Positions 51,989-58,869 of a stretch of 64,000 nucleotides of DNA are shown here, in pieces. Source of the stretch: a virus. The notes under the pieces were generated by a model. The model was not told the origin of the DNA and made no database searches. It worked only from the letters and a program-made list of their open reading frames with translations. Numbering within the stretch: position 1 is the stretch's first letter; each line of letters starts with the position of its first letter. The position numbers were made by a program, and so were the translations under genes. The DNA is taken from positions 32,001 through 96,000 of IMG/VR virus record IMGVR_UViG_3300028840_005764; one strand, given 5' to 3'.

Positions 51989-52073
51989 CGGAAGGTAGAG
52001 GATTCGAACCTCTGGAGCTGTTACACCCTCACGCTCTCCAAGCGCGCGCCTTAAACCGCTCGGCCAACCTTCC
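51989..52073 (-). tRNA. tRNA-Ser(GGA)
   Basis: Cloverleaf, long variable arm. Confidence 0.9.
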
Positions 52074-52081
52074 AAGATGAT

Positions 52082-52166
52082 CGGAAGAGAGAGGATTCGA
52101 ACCTCTGAGGCTGTTACACCCACTTGTTTTCGAGACAAGCGCCTTCAACCACTCGGCCACTCTTCC
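52082..52166 (-). tRNA. tRNA-Ser(CGA)
   Basis: Cloverleaf, long variable arm. Confidence 0.9.
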
Positions 52167-52167
52167 A

Positions 52168-52255
52168 TGGCGGAAGGTAGAGGATTCGAACCTCTGGAGC
52201 TGTTACACCCGCTGGTTTAGCAAACCAGTGCCTTCAACCTCTCGGCCAACCTTCC
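52168..52255 (-). tRNA. tRNA-Ser(GCT)
   Basis: Cloverleaf, long variable arm, encoded CCA. Confidence 0.92.
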
Positions 52256-52395
52256 CTTGTATTATATTTGTGAGATTTTCTAATTCTTTGATTGTGAAAT
52301 CAATTATATCTACCATTTCTTGTTGTGTTTTGCCAAGGCACAGCTGCCTAGTGAAACATTCGATCATAATTTTTGCTTGTTTGGTCCCCATAGTT

Positions 52396-52470
52396 TGCCC
52401 CTGGAAGGATTCGAACCTTCACTGCGCGGTGCTTGAAACCGCTGTCTCTACCAAGTTGGACTACAGGGGC
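52396..52470 (-). tRNA. tRNA-Leu(CAA), short variable loop
   Basis: GCGGT-TTCAAGC-ACCGC; A73. Confidence 0.85.
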
Positions 52471-52584
52471 ATGATAACAAAAACAGCTTGACAATATCAG
52501 TGACTCAGTTATTATGGCGGCTTCGAAACACCGTAACCATCTTCTGCAGGCGCCCTGGAGAAACGTGGTTACGGTGTTTTGCTT

Positions 52585-52659
52585 TGCCCACCCTGAGATT
52601 CGAACTCAGACTTTCACGGACCTGAACCGTGTCCCTCTACCAAGTTGGGGTAGGTGGGC
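52585..52659 (-). tRNA. tRNA-Leu(CAG), short variable loop
   Basis: CACGG-TTCAGGT-CCGTG; A73. Confidence 0.85.
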
Positions 52660-52666
52660 TGGGGAA

Positions 52667-52785
52667 GGTACTGGTCGGATTCTCACCGGCGGTCCACCGA
52701 TAGGGCCATGGTGGTCACTCACCCAGTGCGTTACCGGGAGTTGCTTATTCTGGCCCATAGCGCGACCCGTCGCGCACGCAGTACC
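52667..52785 (-). ncRNA. tRNA-like ncRNA (GGUACUG family, copy 1) with expanded anticodon-position arm
   Basis: GGTACTG/CAGTACC closing stem; GCGCGA-CGGG-TCGCGC arm; GGTGAGAATCC T-loop-like arm. Confidence 0.55.
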
Positions 52786-52794
52786 ACAGGAAAT

Positions 52795-52894
52795 GCAGCA
52801 GCGGGACACCCCGGCGTCAGGATCTTGAGGCATCGGAACCGGGTCTAACATCCTCAAGTCTGTGTCCAGGCCACCTCGACCTCTCGACTGCTGC
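52795..52894 (-). ncRNA. Structured GC-rich ncRNA candidate
   Basis: GCAGCAG/CTGCTGC, GGACAC/GTGTCC and CTTGAGG/CCTCAAG nested stems between tRNA genes. Confidence 0.45.
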
Positions 52895-52896
52895 GA

Positions 52897-52981
52897 TGTG
52901 CGGGGGAGGATTCGAACCTCCATGTTTAGCCTGAGGCGGCAGGTTTACAGCCTGCTGGTTTCACCGTTCACCCACCCGCAC
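52897..52981 (-). tRNA. tRNA-Tyr(GTA)
   Basis: GCAGG-CTGTAAA-CCTGC, long variable region. Confidence 0.88.
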
Positions 52982-52990
52982 ATAAATCAA

Positions 52991-53063
52991 TACTCGTGCA
53001 GGGATTCGAACCCCGAACATCCTGGTCCTAAGCCAGGCGCCTCTGCCGTTGGGCTACACGAGC
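52991..53063 (-). tRNA. tRNA-Leu(TAG), short variable loop
   Basis: CCTGG-CTTAGGA-CCAGG. Confidence 0.85.
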
Positions 53064-53101
53064 AAATGAGGTAATGAAATGTCGAAAGGAGGTAAAAAAT
53101 C

Positions 53102-53188
53102 AGGTACTGGCAGGATTTTGGCTACCTGCGGTATGGTCTCTTGACCCTGCTTTGTGGCAGTCGACACCCGTGCCGATCCGCAGTACCT
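53102..53188 (-). ncRNA. tRNA-like ncRNA (GGUACUG family, copy 2)
   Basis: AGGTACTG/CAGTACCT; TCGGCA-CGGG-TGTCGA arm; CTGC/GCAG, GGTC/GACC and GCAGG/CCTGC arms. Confidence 0.55.
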
Positions 53189-53190
53189 TT

Positions 53191-53469
53191 CTAGAACTTC
53201 TTCCCTCTACGCGCTTGGTGCTTTTGCCAACGTTTCCTCTGGCGCTCGAGGAAATCGTTTTTCAATGGCGCGAGCTCCTCCAGCACGATGTGGGAAGAGG
53301 TTTGGCTATCTTCAGAAAAAACCAACACCGTATCTTGATTTATATACGTTGTTGATTCTTTACACCACATACATTCTTGTACCCTTATTCTCTGGTATTC
53401 GTCAATATAAACATTAAGCTGTGCGCCACAAACATTGCAATAATATTGTTTTGGTTCAATAGCTATCAT
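53191..53469 (-). CDS. Hypothetical zinc-ribbon protein
   Basis: CNVC...CMWC. Confidence 0.5.
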   Translation of the reverse strand: MIAIEPKQYYCNVCGAQLNVYIDEYQRIRVQECMWCKESTTYINQDTVLVFSEDSQTSSHIVLEELAPLKNDFLERQRKRWQKHQARRGKKF

Positions 53470-53702
53470 TTCTTTTTCTCAATCTTTTTCATGACTTTCG
53501 CCATTCTTTTCTCTTGACCGTGAAAACATTTCATGATCTTTTTTAGTGCCTTTTTTGGGTTGTGGTGCATTATCTTACAATGTGTGCTTTGTTCTTCAGC
53601 TACCCATTTTTGATCTTTTTCGTGCCAGAAGACAGAGAATTGGTAGTTTTTTAAGAGAGGATATTTCACTACACAGGCTCCACATCCCAAGCGACCATAC
53701 AA
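53466..53702 (-). CDS. Hypothetical protein
   Basis: ATGA-coupled to next ORF; start uncertain. Confidence 0.4.
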   Translation of the reverse strand: MYGRLGCGACVVKYPLLKNYQFSVFWHEKDQKWVAEEQSTHCKIMHHNPKKALKKIMKCFHGQEKRMAKVMKKIEKKK

Positions 53703-54472
53703 GAGCCAGTGAGAGGAATCGAACCCCCAACATCTTCATTACAAGTGAAGCGCTCTACCGATTGAGCTACACTGGCATACTCAAAATCACCACGTTCGAT
53801 CGCCTCGAGATGTTTGATTGAAGGACGGCATTGGTTCAATGATTTGTTGTTGTTCAATACACTCGTTGCAATCTTCGAGATAATATCCGGATCCGTCCAA
53901 TATGACTGGCCTTTTTTCAATCTCAATTTCCGCACATGGTAACGGACAGCAGATTCTGACAGCTCTGTGACTCTGCAGATTTCTTTGACGGTAATTGTAC
54001 CTGATTTCCAGATTATACCCATTGCTCTGCATTTTATTTCGATTGCTTTTCTGCTTCTTCCAAGGCGTTTGGATGCATATTTCAATGGCATTCTTCCGGC
54101 GAGAAAAAGTAGTAAATCTTCTTCTTTTTTTGTCCATGGTTTTACCTTAATGCCATGTCTTGATGGCATTATTTGTGCTTTCAAACCAAGTTTTTGAAGT
54201 TTGGTCCCAACAGCATTAATAGATCTATTCAGTTTTTCTGATATTTGTTTTTTTGTATGTGTTGGTAGAAGTTTTTTTAGTTGTTGAATTTCTTCATCAG
54301 ACCACGGTGGATTATGTTTTAATTTTGCTATACCAAGTTGATTGACTTTGTTTTGTATTACTTTATGGCTTCTATCTAAAGCTTCTGCAATTTCTTTTAT
54401 TGATCTACGACCATGCCAATATCGTATGTAGTCGTATTCTTCTTCAGTGAATCTTCTTGAATTATCACCCAT
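53669..54472 (-). CDS. Multi-HTH (Myb/SANT-like repeat) DNA-binding protein
   Basis: Three (F/W)(T/S)xxE...IA..L.RS repeats plus a C-terminal HTH; the frame runs through tRNA-Thr. Confidence 0.7.
   Translation of the reverse strand: MGDNSRRFTEEEYDYIRYWHGRRSIKEIAEALDRSHKVIQNKVNQLGIAKLKHNPPWSDEEIQQLKKLLPTHTKKQISEKLNRSINAVGTKLQKLGLKAQIMPSRHGIKVKPWTKKEEDLLLFLAGRMPLKYASKRLGRSRKAIEIKCRAMGIIWKSGTITVKEICRVTELSESAVRYHVRKLRLKKGQSYWTDPDIISKIATSVLNNNKSLNQCRPSIKHLEAIERGDFEYASVAQSVERFTCNEDVGGSIPLTGSCMVAWDVEPV
53704..53776 (-). tRNA. tRNA-Thr(TGT)
   Basis: CTTCA-CTTGTAA-TGAAG cloverleaf. Confidence 0.9.
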
Positions 54473-54603
54473 GATTATTCTTCACATTCATCGCAGATTT
54501 TTATATCTTTTTTAGCTTCTTTTTTTGTTAATTTATCACCGCAATATAAACAACATTTTGGATGTGGTCTATTGTAATCTTTTTTCTTTGTTTTCTTTTC
54601 CAT
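54469..54603 (-). CDS. Small zinc-finger protein (44 aa, not in ORF track)
   Basis: MEKKTKKKDYNRPHPKCCLYCGD...ICDECEE*; abuts next gene; end approximate. Confidence 0.4.
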
Positions 54604-54720
54604 TATTTTACTCGCAGTCCCAACCCGCCCCCTACTACAACTTCAGGGGCGGGTTGGAATGTGCCCACGGAGGGGAAGGCACACATGCAGTATAACCGAG
54701 TCTCGTCTCATACAAAATGA

Positions 54721-54794
54721 TCCGGGTAGAAGGACTCGAACCTCCGACTTCCTGGTCCCAGGCCAGGAGCGCTACCAATCTGCGCCATACCCGG
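54721..54794 (-). tRNA. tRNA-Pro(TGG) with atypical C33
   Basis: C1:G72, A73; loop CCTGGGA. Confidence 0.8.
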
Positions 54795-54798
54795 TCGA

Positions 54799-54873
54799 TG
54801 TCCGTCCTGGGATTCGAACCCAGACTGGCAGCGCCCTCAACGCTGTTCCTCTACCTTGTTGGGATAGACGGAC
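54799..54873 (-). tRNA. tRNA-Leu(GAG), short variable loop
   Basis: CAGCG-TTGAGGG-CGCTG. Confidence 0.85.
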
Positions 54874-55124
54874 TAGAATGCCAGAGTTGGTGGTGTTCCA
54901 TTGGTGAAGTACTCATACCATTCTTCTAACCAATCTCTTCTCACATCATCTGGCTCAATTAATCTCCATGGTTTATTGCCTGTTTCTGGTTCTGGTGGCA
55001 TTAACTTACAACAGAACACAGGGCAATATCTGCATATTGCTGATTGTCCATATTCATTAATCTCATGTATATATAAACAATCTTCCGGACAATTATCAGG
55101 AAATTCTAATCCTTGAATATGCAT
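54873..55124 (-). CDS. Cys-rich hypothetical protein
   Basis: AAGGA RBS; ORF. Confidence 0.55.
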   Translation of the reverse strand: MHIQGLEFPDNCPEDCLYIHEINEYGQSAICRYCPVFCCKLMPPEPETGNKPWRLIEPDDVRRDWLEEWYEYFTNGTPPTLAF

Positions 55125-55126
55125 TG

Positions 55127-55633
55127 TTATTCCTTTGGTCTTGGATATCTTTGTATTGATACACTTGCTTTTCTTCTTGTCTCATGTTCATAACATTTGA
55201 TGCAGATGCTGTGAGGCCAGTCGCCAACTCGTCTGAGTAGTGATACGAGACATGCGATTTCGGCTTTGGCGTTGTACGGTAGTAATATGTTTGGAGGCTT
55301 CTTGATGGTTATGGCTTTGCCAGTACTGCCGATGATTAGCAGCCCCCAGTTATCTGGGACTTCATGTTTTTCAATGATCCCCGCTGGTGCACAGTAGTAG
55401 CGGATTCTACCCATCCCCATCTCAGTCTTCTTCCTAAAGCTCTTTTTTTTGTCCTTTAGGAAATCAGATCTTGAGATCTTGCATTCAATAACTACGCTCA
55501 CATTGCTACCAAATGCAAGTACGTCTGGTGACTCACGTGTCGTGCTAACAATTTCTGTTATCACAACTGGATATTTTTTCTTGGCCCAGCGTGCAGCTTT
55601 TGCGATGACTTGTTCATGTGTGTAAGTGTACAT
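55127..55633 (-). CDS. PD-(D/E)XK nuclease-like protein (MmcB-like)
   Basis: PDVLAF..IECKISRSDFLKD..K..RYYCAP..WGL. Confidence 0.75.
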   Translation of the reverse strand: MYTYTHEQVIAKAARWAKKKYPVVITEIVSTTRESPDVLAFGSNVSVVIECKISRSDFLKDKKKSFRKKTEMGMGRIRYYCAPAGIIEKHEVPDNWGLLIIGSTGKAITIKKPPNILLPYNAKAEIACLVSLLRRVGDWPHSICIKCYEHETRRKASVSIQRYPRPKE

Positions 55634-55661
55634 GTATGTATATACCACAACGCTGAATTTT

Positions 55662-56225
55662 TTATTGAGTTTTTGGTCTTGGATATCTTTTTATTGGCCT
55701 GGGGTATCTTTTTATTTTTGCATTAAGTTCTTTTTTCTTACCGCCATTCCATAATTTGTTTTGACAAATATATCCTATAGTAGACAAATGCACTCCATAT
55801 ATTGATGCAATGTATTTTAATGTATTACCATGTGTACGTAGTGTCTTAATCTCTTCAACGTCTTGTTCAGATAATTTAGCACTTGGATTTTTAGAACCCA
55901 CTAATGAACGTTGATCAAGTATCATGTCATTCATATTATCTTGATGTGTGCCGATGATTAAATGTTTTGGGTTACAGCACAATGTATTATTGCATGTGTG
56001 TCGCACACACATACCACTTGGGATTGGTCCATTGACATCTTCATACACAAGTCTGTGGGCCCTATACCATTTGCGATGTTTTTTTGAATAGTATACTTTG
56101 AACTCACCATAGTAGTTGTTAGTGCGACCCGATCTGGACTTCGCACCAGTCCATAACCAACATTCGTTAGGACCGCGCTGTTCTATCTTCTCCCATATGC
56201 GTTTGTGTATCTCTTTGTCGATCAT
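55662..56225 (-). CDS. HNH endonuclease with C-terminal HTH
   Basis: CWLWTG, AHRL, HTCNN..CCNPKHL..GT..DN. Confidence 0.9.
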   Translation of the reverse strand: MIDKEIHKRIWEKIEQRGPNECWLWTGAKSRSGRTNNYYGEFKVYYSKKHRKWYRAHRLVYEDVNGPIPSGMCVRHTCNNTLCCNPKHLIIGTHQDNMNDMILDQRSLVGSKNPSAKLSEQDVEEIKTLRTHGNTLKYIASIYGVHLSTIGYICQNKLWNGGKKKELNAKIKRYPRPIKRYPRPKTQ

Positions 56226-56322
56226 TGTTGACTCTTTCTACTTGTTGGTATCAATCTAATATACCACTAAAGTAAAAAGAATTCTTATACTTATGGGAGT
56301 TGAACTTCCGAGTCGAACCCGT

Positions 56323-56396
56323 TGCCACGGGAGGGATTCGAACCCTCACTTATGCGATTTTAAGTCGCATGCCTCTACCAGTTGGGCTACTGTGGC
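56323..56396 (-). tRNA. tRNA-Leu(TAA), short variable loop
   Basis: TGCGA-CTTAAAA-TCGCA. Confidence 0.87.
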
Positions 56397-56401
56397 GTGA
56401 A

Positions 56402-56534
56402 TCGGGAGAGGTGGAATCGAACCACCGACCTGGGAGCTCCATATGCTGAAGTGGCGTCTTAGTTCCATGTGTGAGGCACGAGCGTTAGTTTAGACGTCAC
56501 TTACATCCCCGCTCTACCACTGAGCTATCTCCCG
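56402..56534 (-). ncRNA. tRNA-like RNA (Pro-like body) with GAACU-N10-UUCAG module inserted in the anticodon arm
   Basis: Canonical acceptor, D and T arms; ~70 nt at the anticodon loop containing stem AAGTGACGTCT/AGACGCCACTT. Confidence 0.8.
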
Positions 56535-56539
56535 AAAGG

Positions 56540-56680
56540 TGGACGGGCTAGGATTCGAACCTAGAAAAACTATGCTGAAACAACTTCTGAGTTCTCAATC
56601 GTATTGAGTGATGAAAGAAATTGTTGTTGCTTGCGTTGCTAGCTCTATAGGCTAGTGCCTTACCATTTGGCTACCCGTCC
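56540..56680 (-). ncRNA. tRNA-like RNA (ATA anticodon) with GAACU-N10-UUCAG module in the variable arm
   Basis: GGACGGG/CCCGTCC, D arm, CTAGC-CTATAGA-GCTAG, ~75-nt variable insertion, T arm. Confidence 0.8.
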
Positions 56681-56681
56681 A

Positions 56682-56758
56682 TGGTGGGGGCAATAGGACT
56701 CGAACCTATAGCCATCTGCTTGTAAGGCAGACACTCTGCGCAATTGAGTTATGCCCCC
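56682..56758 (-). tRNA. tRNA-Val(TAC)
   Basis: Cloverleaf, encoded CCA. Confidence 0.9.
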
Positions 56759-56766
56759 ATGGGTTG

Positions 56767-56839
56767 TGGACCAGGGCGGAATTGAACCGCCGACTCGAGG
56801 CTCTTCAGGCCCCAGCTCTACCTACTGAGCTACCGGTCC
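56767..56839 (-). tRNA. tRNA-Phe(GAA)
   Basis: GGGGC-CTGAAGA-GCCTC. Confidence 0.88.
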
Positions 56840-56896
56840 ACAAGATTCGTATTCAGTTTTCAAAGACTAAACATCAACGGATTGCCGAAGATGTTT

Positions 56897-56973
56897 TGGC
56901 GGGCCCAACGGGATTCGAACCCGTGTTACCGGCGTGACAGGCCAGCGTGCTAACCTGGCTACACTATGAGCCC
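56897..56973 (-). tRNA. tRNA-Asp(GTC)
   Basis: Cloverleaf, encoded CCA. Confidence 0.92.
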
Positions 56974-56977
56974 ATAC

Positions 56978-57163
56978 CTACAGAATTCTGAGTTCCTTCC
57001 TACGAACCCATTGTTCTGTTCCATCCTTCCATCGAACCTTTACTGACTGCATCTTAGTAGTGCCTTTTCCATCTAGTACTCGACCGGTCTTACCGTTCTT
57101 ACGGTGCTCTACAATAGTCGAGCCGTGAGTCAGCCAGTGATATCTTCTTTTCCCATCACTCAT
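56978..57163 (-). CDS. Small SH3-like/beta hypothetical protein
   Basis: V.H...G.TGRV..VKVRWKDG..W pattern. Confidence 0.5.
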   Translation of the reverse strand: MSDGKRRYHWLTHGSTIVEHRKNGKTGRVLDGKGTTKMQSVKVRWKDGTEQWVRRKELRIL

Positions 57164-57416
57164 GGCGTATGTCTTCTGACATCTTCTCTTCGTCTTTTTT
57201 TCTCTTCGCTCGTACCATGTGTTCGGGGATCGCTATCATCGACACACTGATCTGTGGCCCTTTCTCTCCGAACTTCCAAATCTCGTTCTGGATGATGGTA
57301 TGTAGCCGTCCGATCTCTTTCGGCGTAAACCATTCACAGTCCTGAGTTTCGGCACAGAAATGCACACGATGGTATAACGGCTCGTCTCTTTTTATGTTTT
57401 TCCCAATACCCACCAC
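57156..57416 (-). CDS. Hypothetical protein
   Basis: AAGGAG RBS. Confidence 0.5.
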   Translation of the reverse strand: MVGIGKNIKRDEPLYHRVHFCAETQDCEWFTPKEIGRLHTIIQNEIWKFGEKGPQISVSMIAIPEHMVRAKRKKDEEKMSEDIRHE

Positions 57417-57455
57417 ATCTCCTTTCAGAAGTACGGCGGGGTACTTCTGAAATTT

Positions 57456-58322
57456 TCAATCCACCCAGGCCACACCTTCCATGCGGCCCTCGTTGGACTC
57501 GGTATTGCGAATCACCTTGCGCCAGCTCTTGAACGACACCGTCTTGTGCTCCGGGTGCCGCACCTTCCCGCGCACGAAGATCTCCCGCCCCCTGATCGAG
57601 TAGCCATGCTCGAGGCGCACTCCATCAGCGACGATCAGCTCTTCTGCCACGTGCTGGTTCCCACCACCTCCACGTCTTCCTCGCCTGGCTGCGGCGATGT
57701 CGACTTTCCTTTGCACCAGGCCTTTGCCTACCGCTTCGTCGATATTGGCCTGCTCGTTGGCGTCCACGTTGAGGAAGAACCATTCTCCCTGGCGGATGGT
57801 ACGCCCCATCTGCTTGCCTTCGTACAGCCACACGGTCGGAGCCTTGAGTCTGTCGTGGGCCCGCTGGACCGTTGGTGCCGCTTCTGGCAGCTGGGCGATG
57901 AACAATTGTCTTTCGTCCACACCCAACAGAAAGTGGCGTTTGTTGCTCGATGTGCGCCGACGGACAACCACACGCCCCTTCTTCAGACGGCGCACGATGT
58001 CTCGCTGTGGCACTTCACGCGCGACGTACTGGCCCACCTCCTCGGTGAATTCCCGGGCCTTTTCGTGGACCATCAACACCAGTTGACTGAGTTTTTTGTC
58101 GGTGTTGATCACCTGGATGTTCACCTCTTCGCCAGGCCAGATCCTGAAGTATTCGCTGCGCCAGTTGCCCTTGATCTTGCGCTGGATGTCCATGCCGAAC
58201 ACAGCGCGGTTGACACCTCGGCCACCGACAGGATTGTCTGTGATTTCCAACTTGAGACCGGCCTTCGCGAATTGCGAGACCAGCGACTCGCACATGATTC
58301 TGAACTGACCCTTCATCAACAT
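57456..58322 (-). CDS. Conserved-looking hypothetical protein (RQGEWFF ... HPEH motifs)
   Basis: High-GC ORF; FLLGVDER.LFIAQLP, RQGEWFF, RG.VRHPEH. Confidence 0.7.
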   Translation of the reverse strand: MLMKGQFRIMCESLVSQFAKAGLKLEITDNPVGGRGVNRAVFGMDIQRKIKGNWRSEYFRIWPGEEVNIQVINTDKKLSQLVLMVHEKAREFTEEVGQYVAREVPQRDIVRRLKKGRVVVRRRTSSNKRHFLLGVDERQLFIAQLPEAAPTVQRAHDRLKAPTVWLYEGKQMGRTIRQGEWFFLNVDANEQANIDEAVGKGLVQRKVDIAAARRGRRGGGGNQHVAEELIVADGVRLEHGYSIRGREIFVRGKVRHPEHKTVSFKSWRKVIRNTESNEGRMEGVAWVD

Positions 58323-58337
58323 CTTGTGTCCTTTTGA

Positions 58338-58409
58338 CGAGCGGCTAAGGAATCGAACCCTACAGACGGTCGGGTTTGGAGCCCAACCCGCTTACCCAGA
58401 GCGCCGCCC
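58338..58409 (-). tRNA. tRNA-Trp(CCA) with atypical D-arm register
   Basis: TTGGG-CTCCAAA-CCCGA; T arm normal; G73. Confidence 0.72.
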
Positions 58410-58411
58410 AA

Positions 58412-58487
58412 TGGCTCCAGGGGTGGGGCTCGAACCCACGGCCAGCGACTTAACAGGCCGCCGCTCTACCAGCTGAGCTACCCTGGA
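58412..58487 (-). tRNA. tRNA-Asn(GTT)
   Basis: Cloverleaf, encoded CCA. Confidence 0.92.
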
Positions 58488-58680
58488 ACAGGCGCAGCTC
58501 TTACCAATTGAACGGGCTACTAAGTCGATCTGACCCGGACAATAAGTCCGAATATGGCAGAGAAAAGGAGGTTGTGGTTTGGACCATGAACGTGACGCTG
58601 GTTGTAGTTTTCATGGCATCCTCCTGTGGGATCATTCGATCCTATCACCCACCATCGGCAAAGCACAACTCAAAATATAA

Positions 58681-58869
58681 TTATTTTCTAATTATTTTTG
58701 GCGATGGGGTTGGGGATAATGATTGTTGATTGGACTCTTCTTCAAGTTCTTGAGTACATTGCTCACAAACAACTATATGCATACCATCATAAGGCATGAA
58801 TTTATATGGAGGATTTCCGCATAATTCGCACGGCACTGCGCATTCAACATTTATTTTGTCTGTTGCCAT
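58681..58869 (-). CDS. Small zinc-finger protein
   Basis: CELC...CEQC. Confidence 0.45.
   Translation of the reverse strand: MATDKINVECAVPCELCGNPPYKFMPYDGMHIVVCEQCTQELEEESNQQSLSPTPSPKIIRK

Noticed and set aside
51889-52255. CRISPR-like repeats (GGATTCGAACCTCTG)
   Set aside because: The repeats are T arms of tandem tRNA-Ser genes; no cas genes or spacer architecture.
52667-53188. tRNA-Sec, tmRNA or suppressor tRNA
   Set aside because: No UCA or CUA anticodon loop, no TTCRA T-loop, and too short for tmRNA.
51872-53417. ORFs overlapping the tRNA cluster (e.g. 51872..52138, 52514..52828, 52606..52923)
   Set aside because: They are translations of tRNA/ncRNA sequence, with no RBS or protein motifs.
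56402-56680. Group I or archaeal-type tRNA introns
   Set aside because: The inserts (~60-75 nt) are far too short for group I, show no clear bulge-helix-bulge, and one lies in the variable arm.
58488-58535. tRNA 5'-half-like remnant (GTTCAATTGGTAAGAGC) upstream of tRNA-Asn
   Set aside because: Only a D-arm-like hairpin, with no acceptor or T arm; could be chance or decay.
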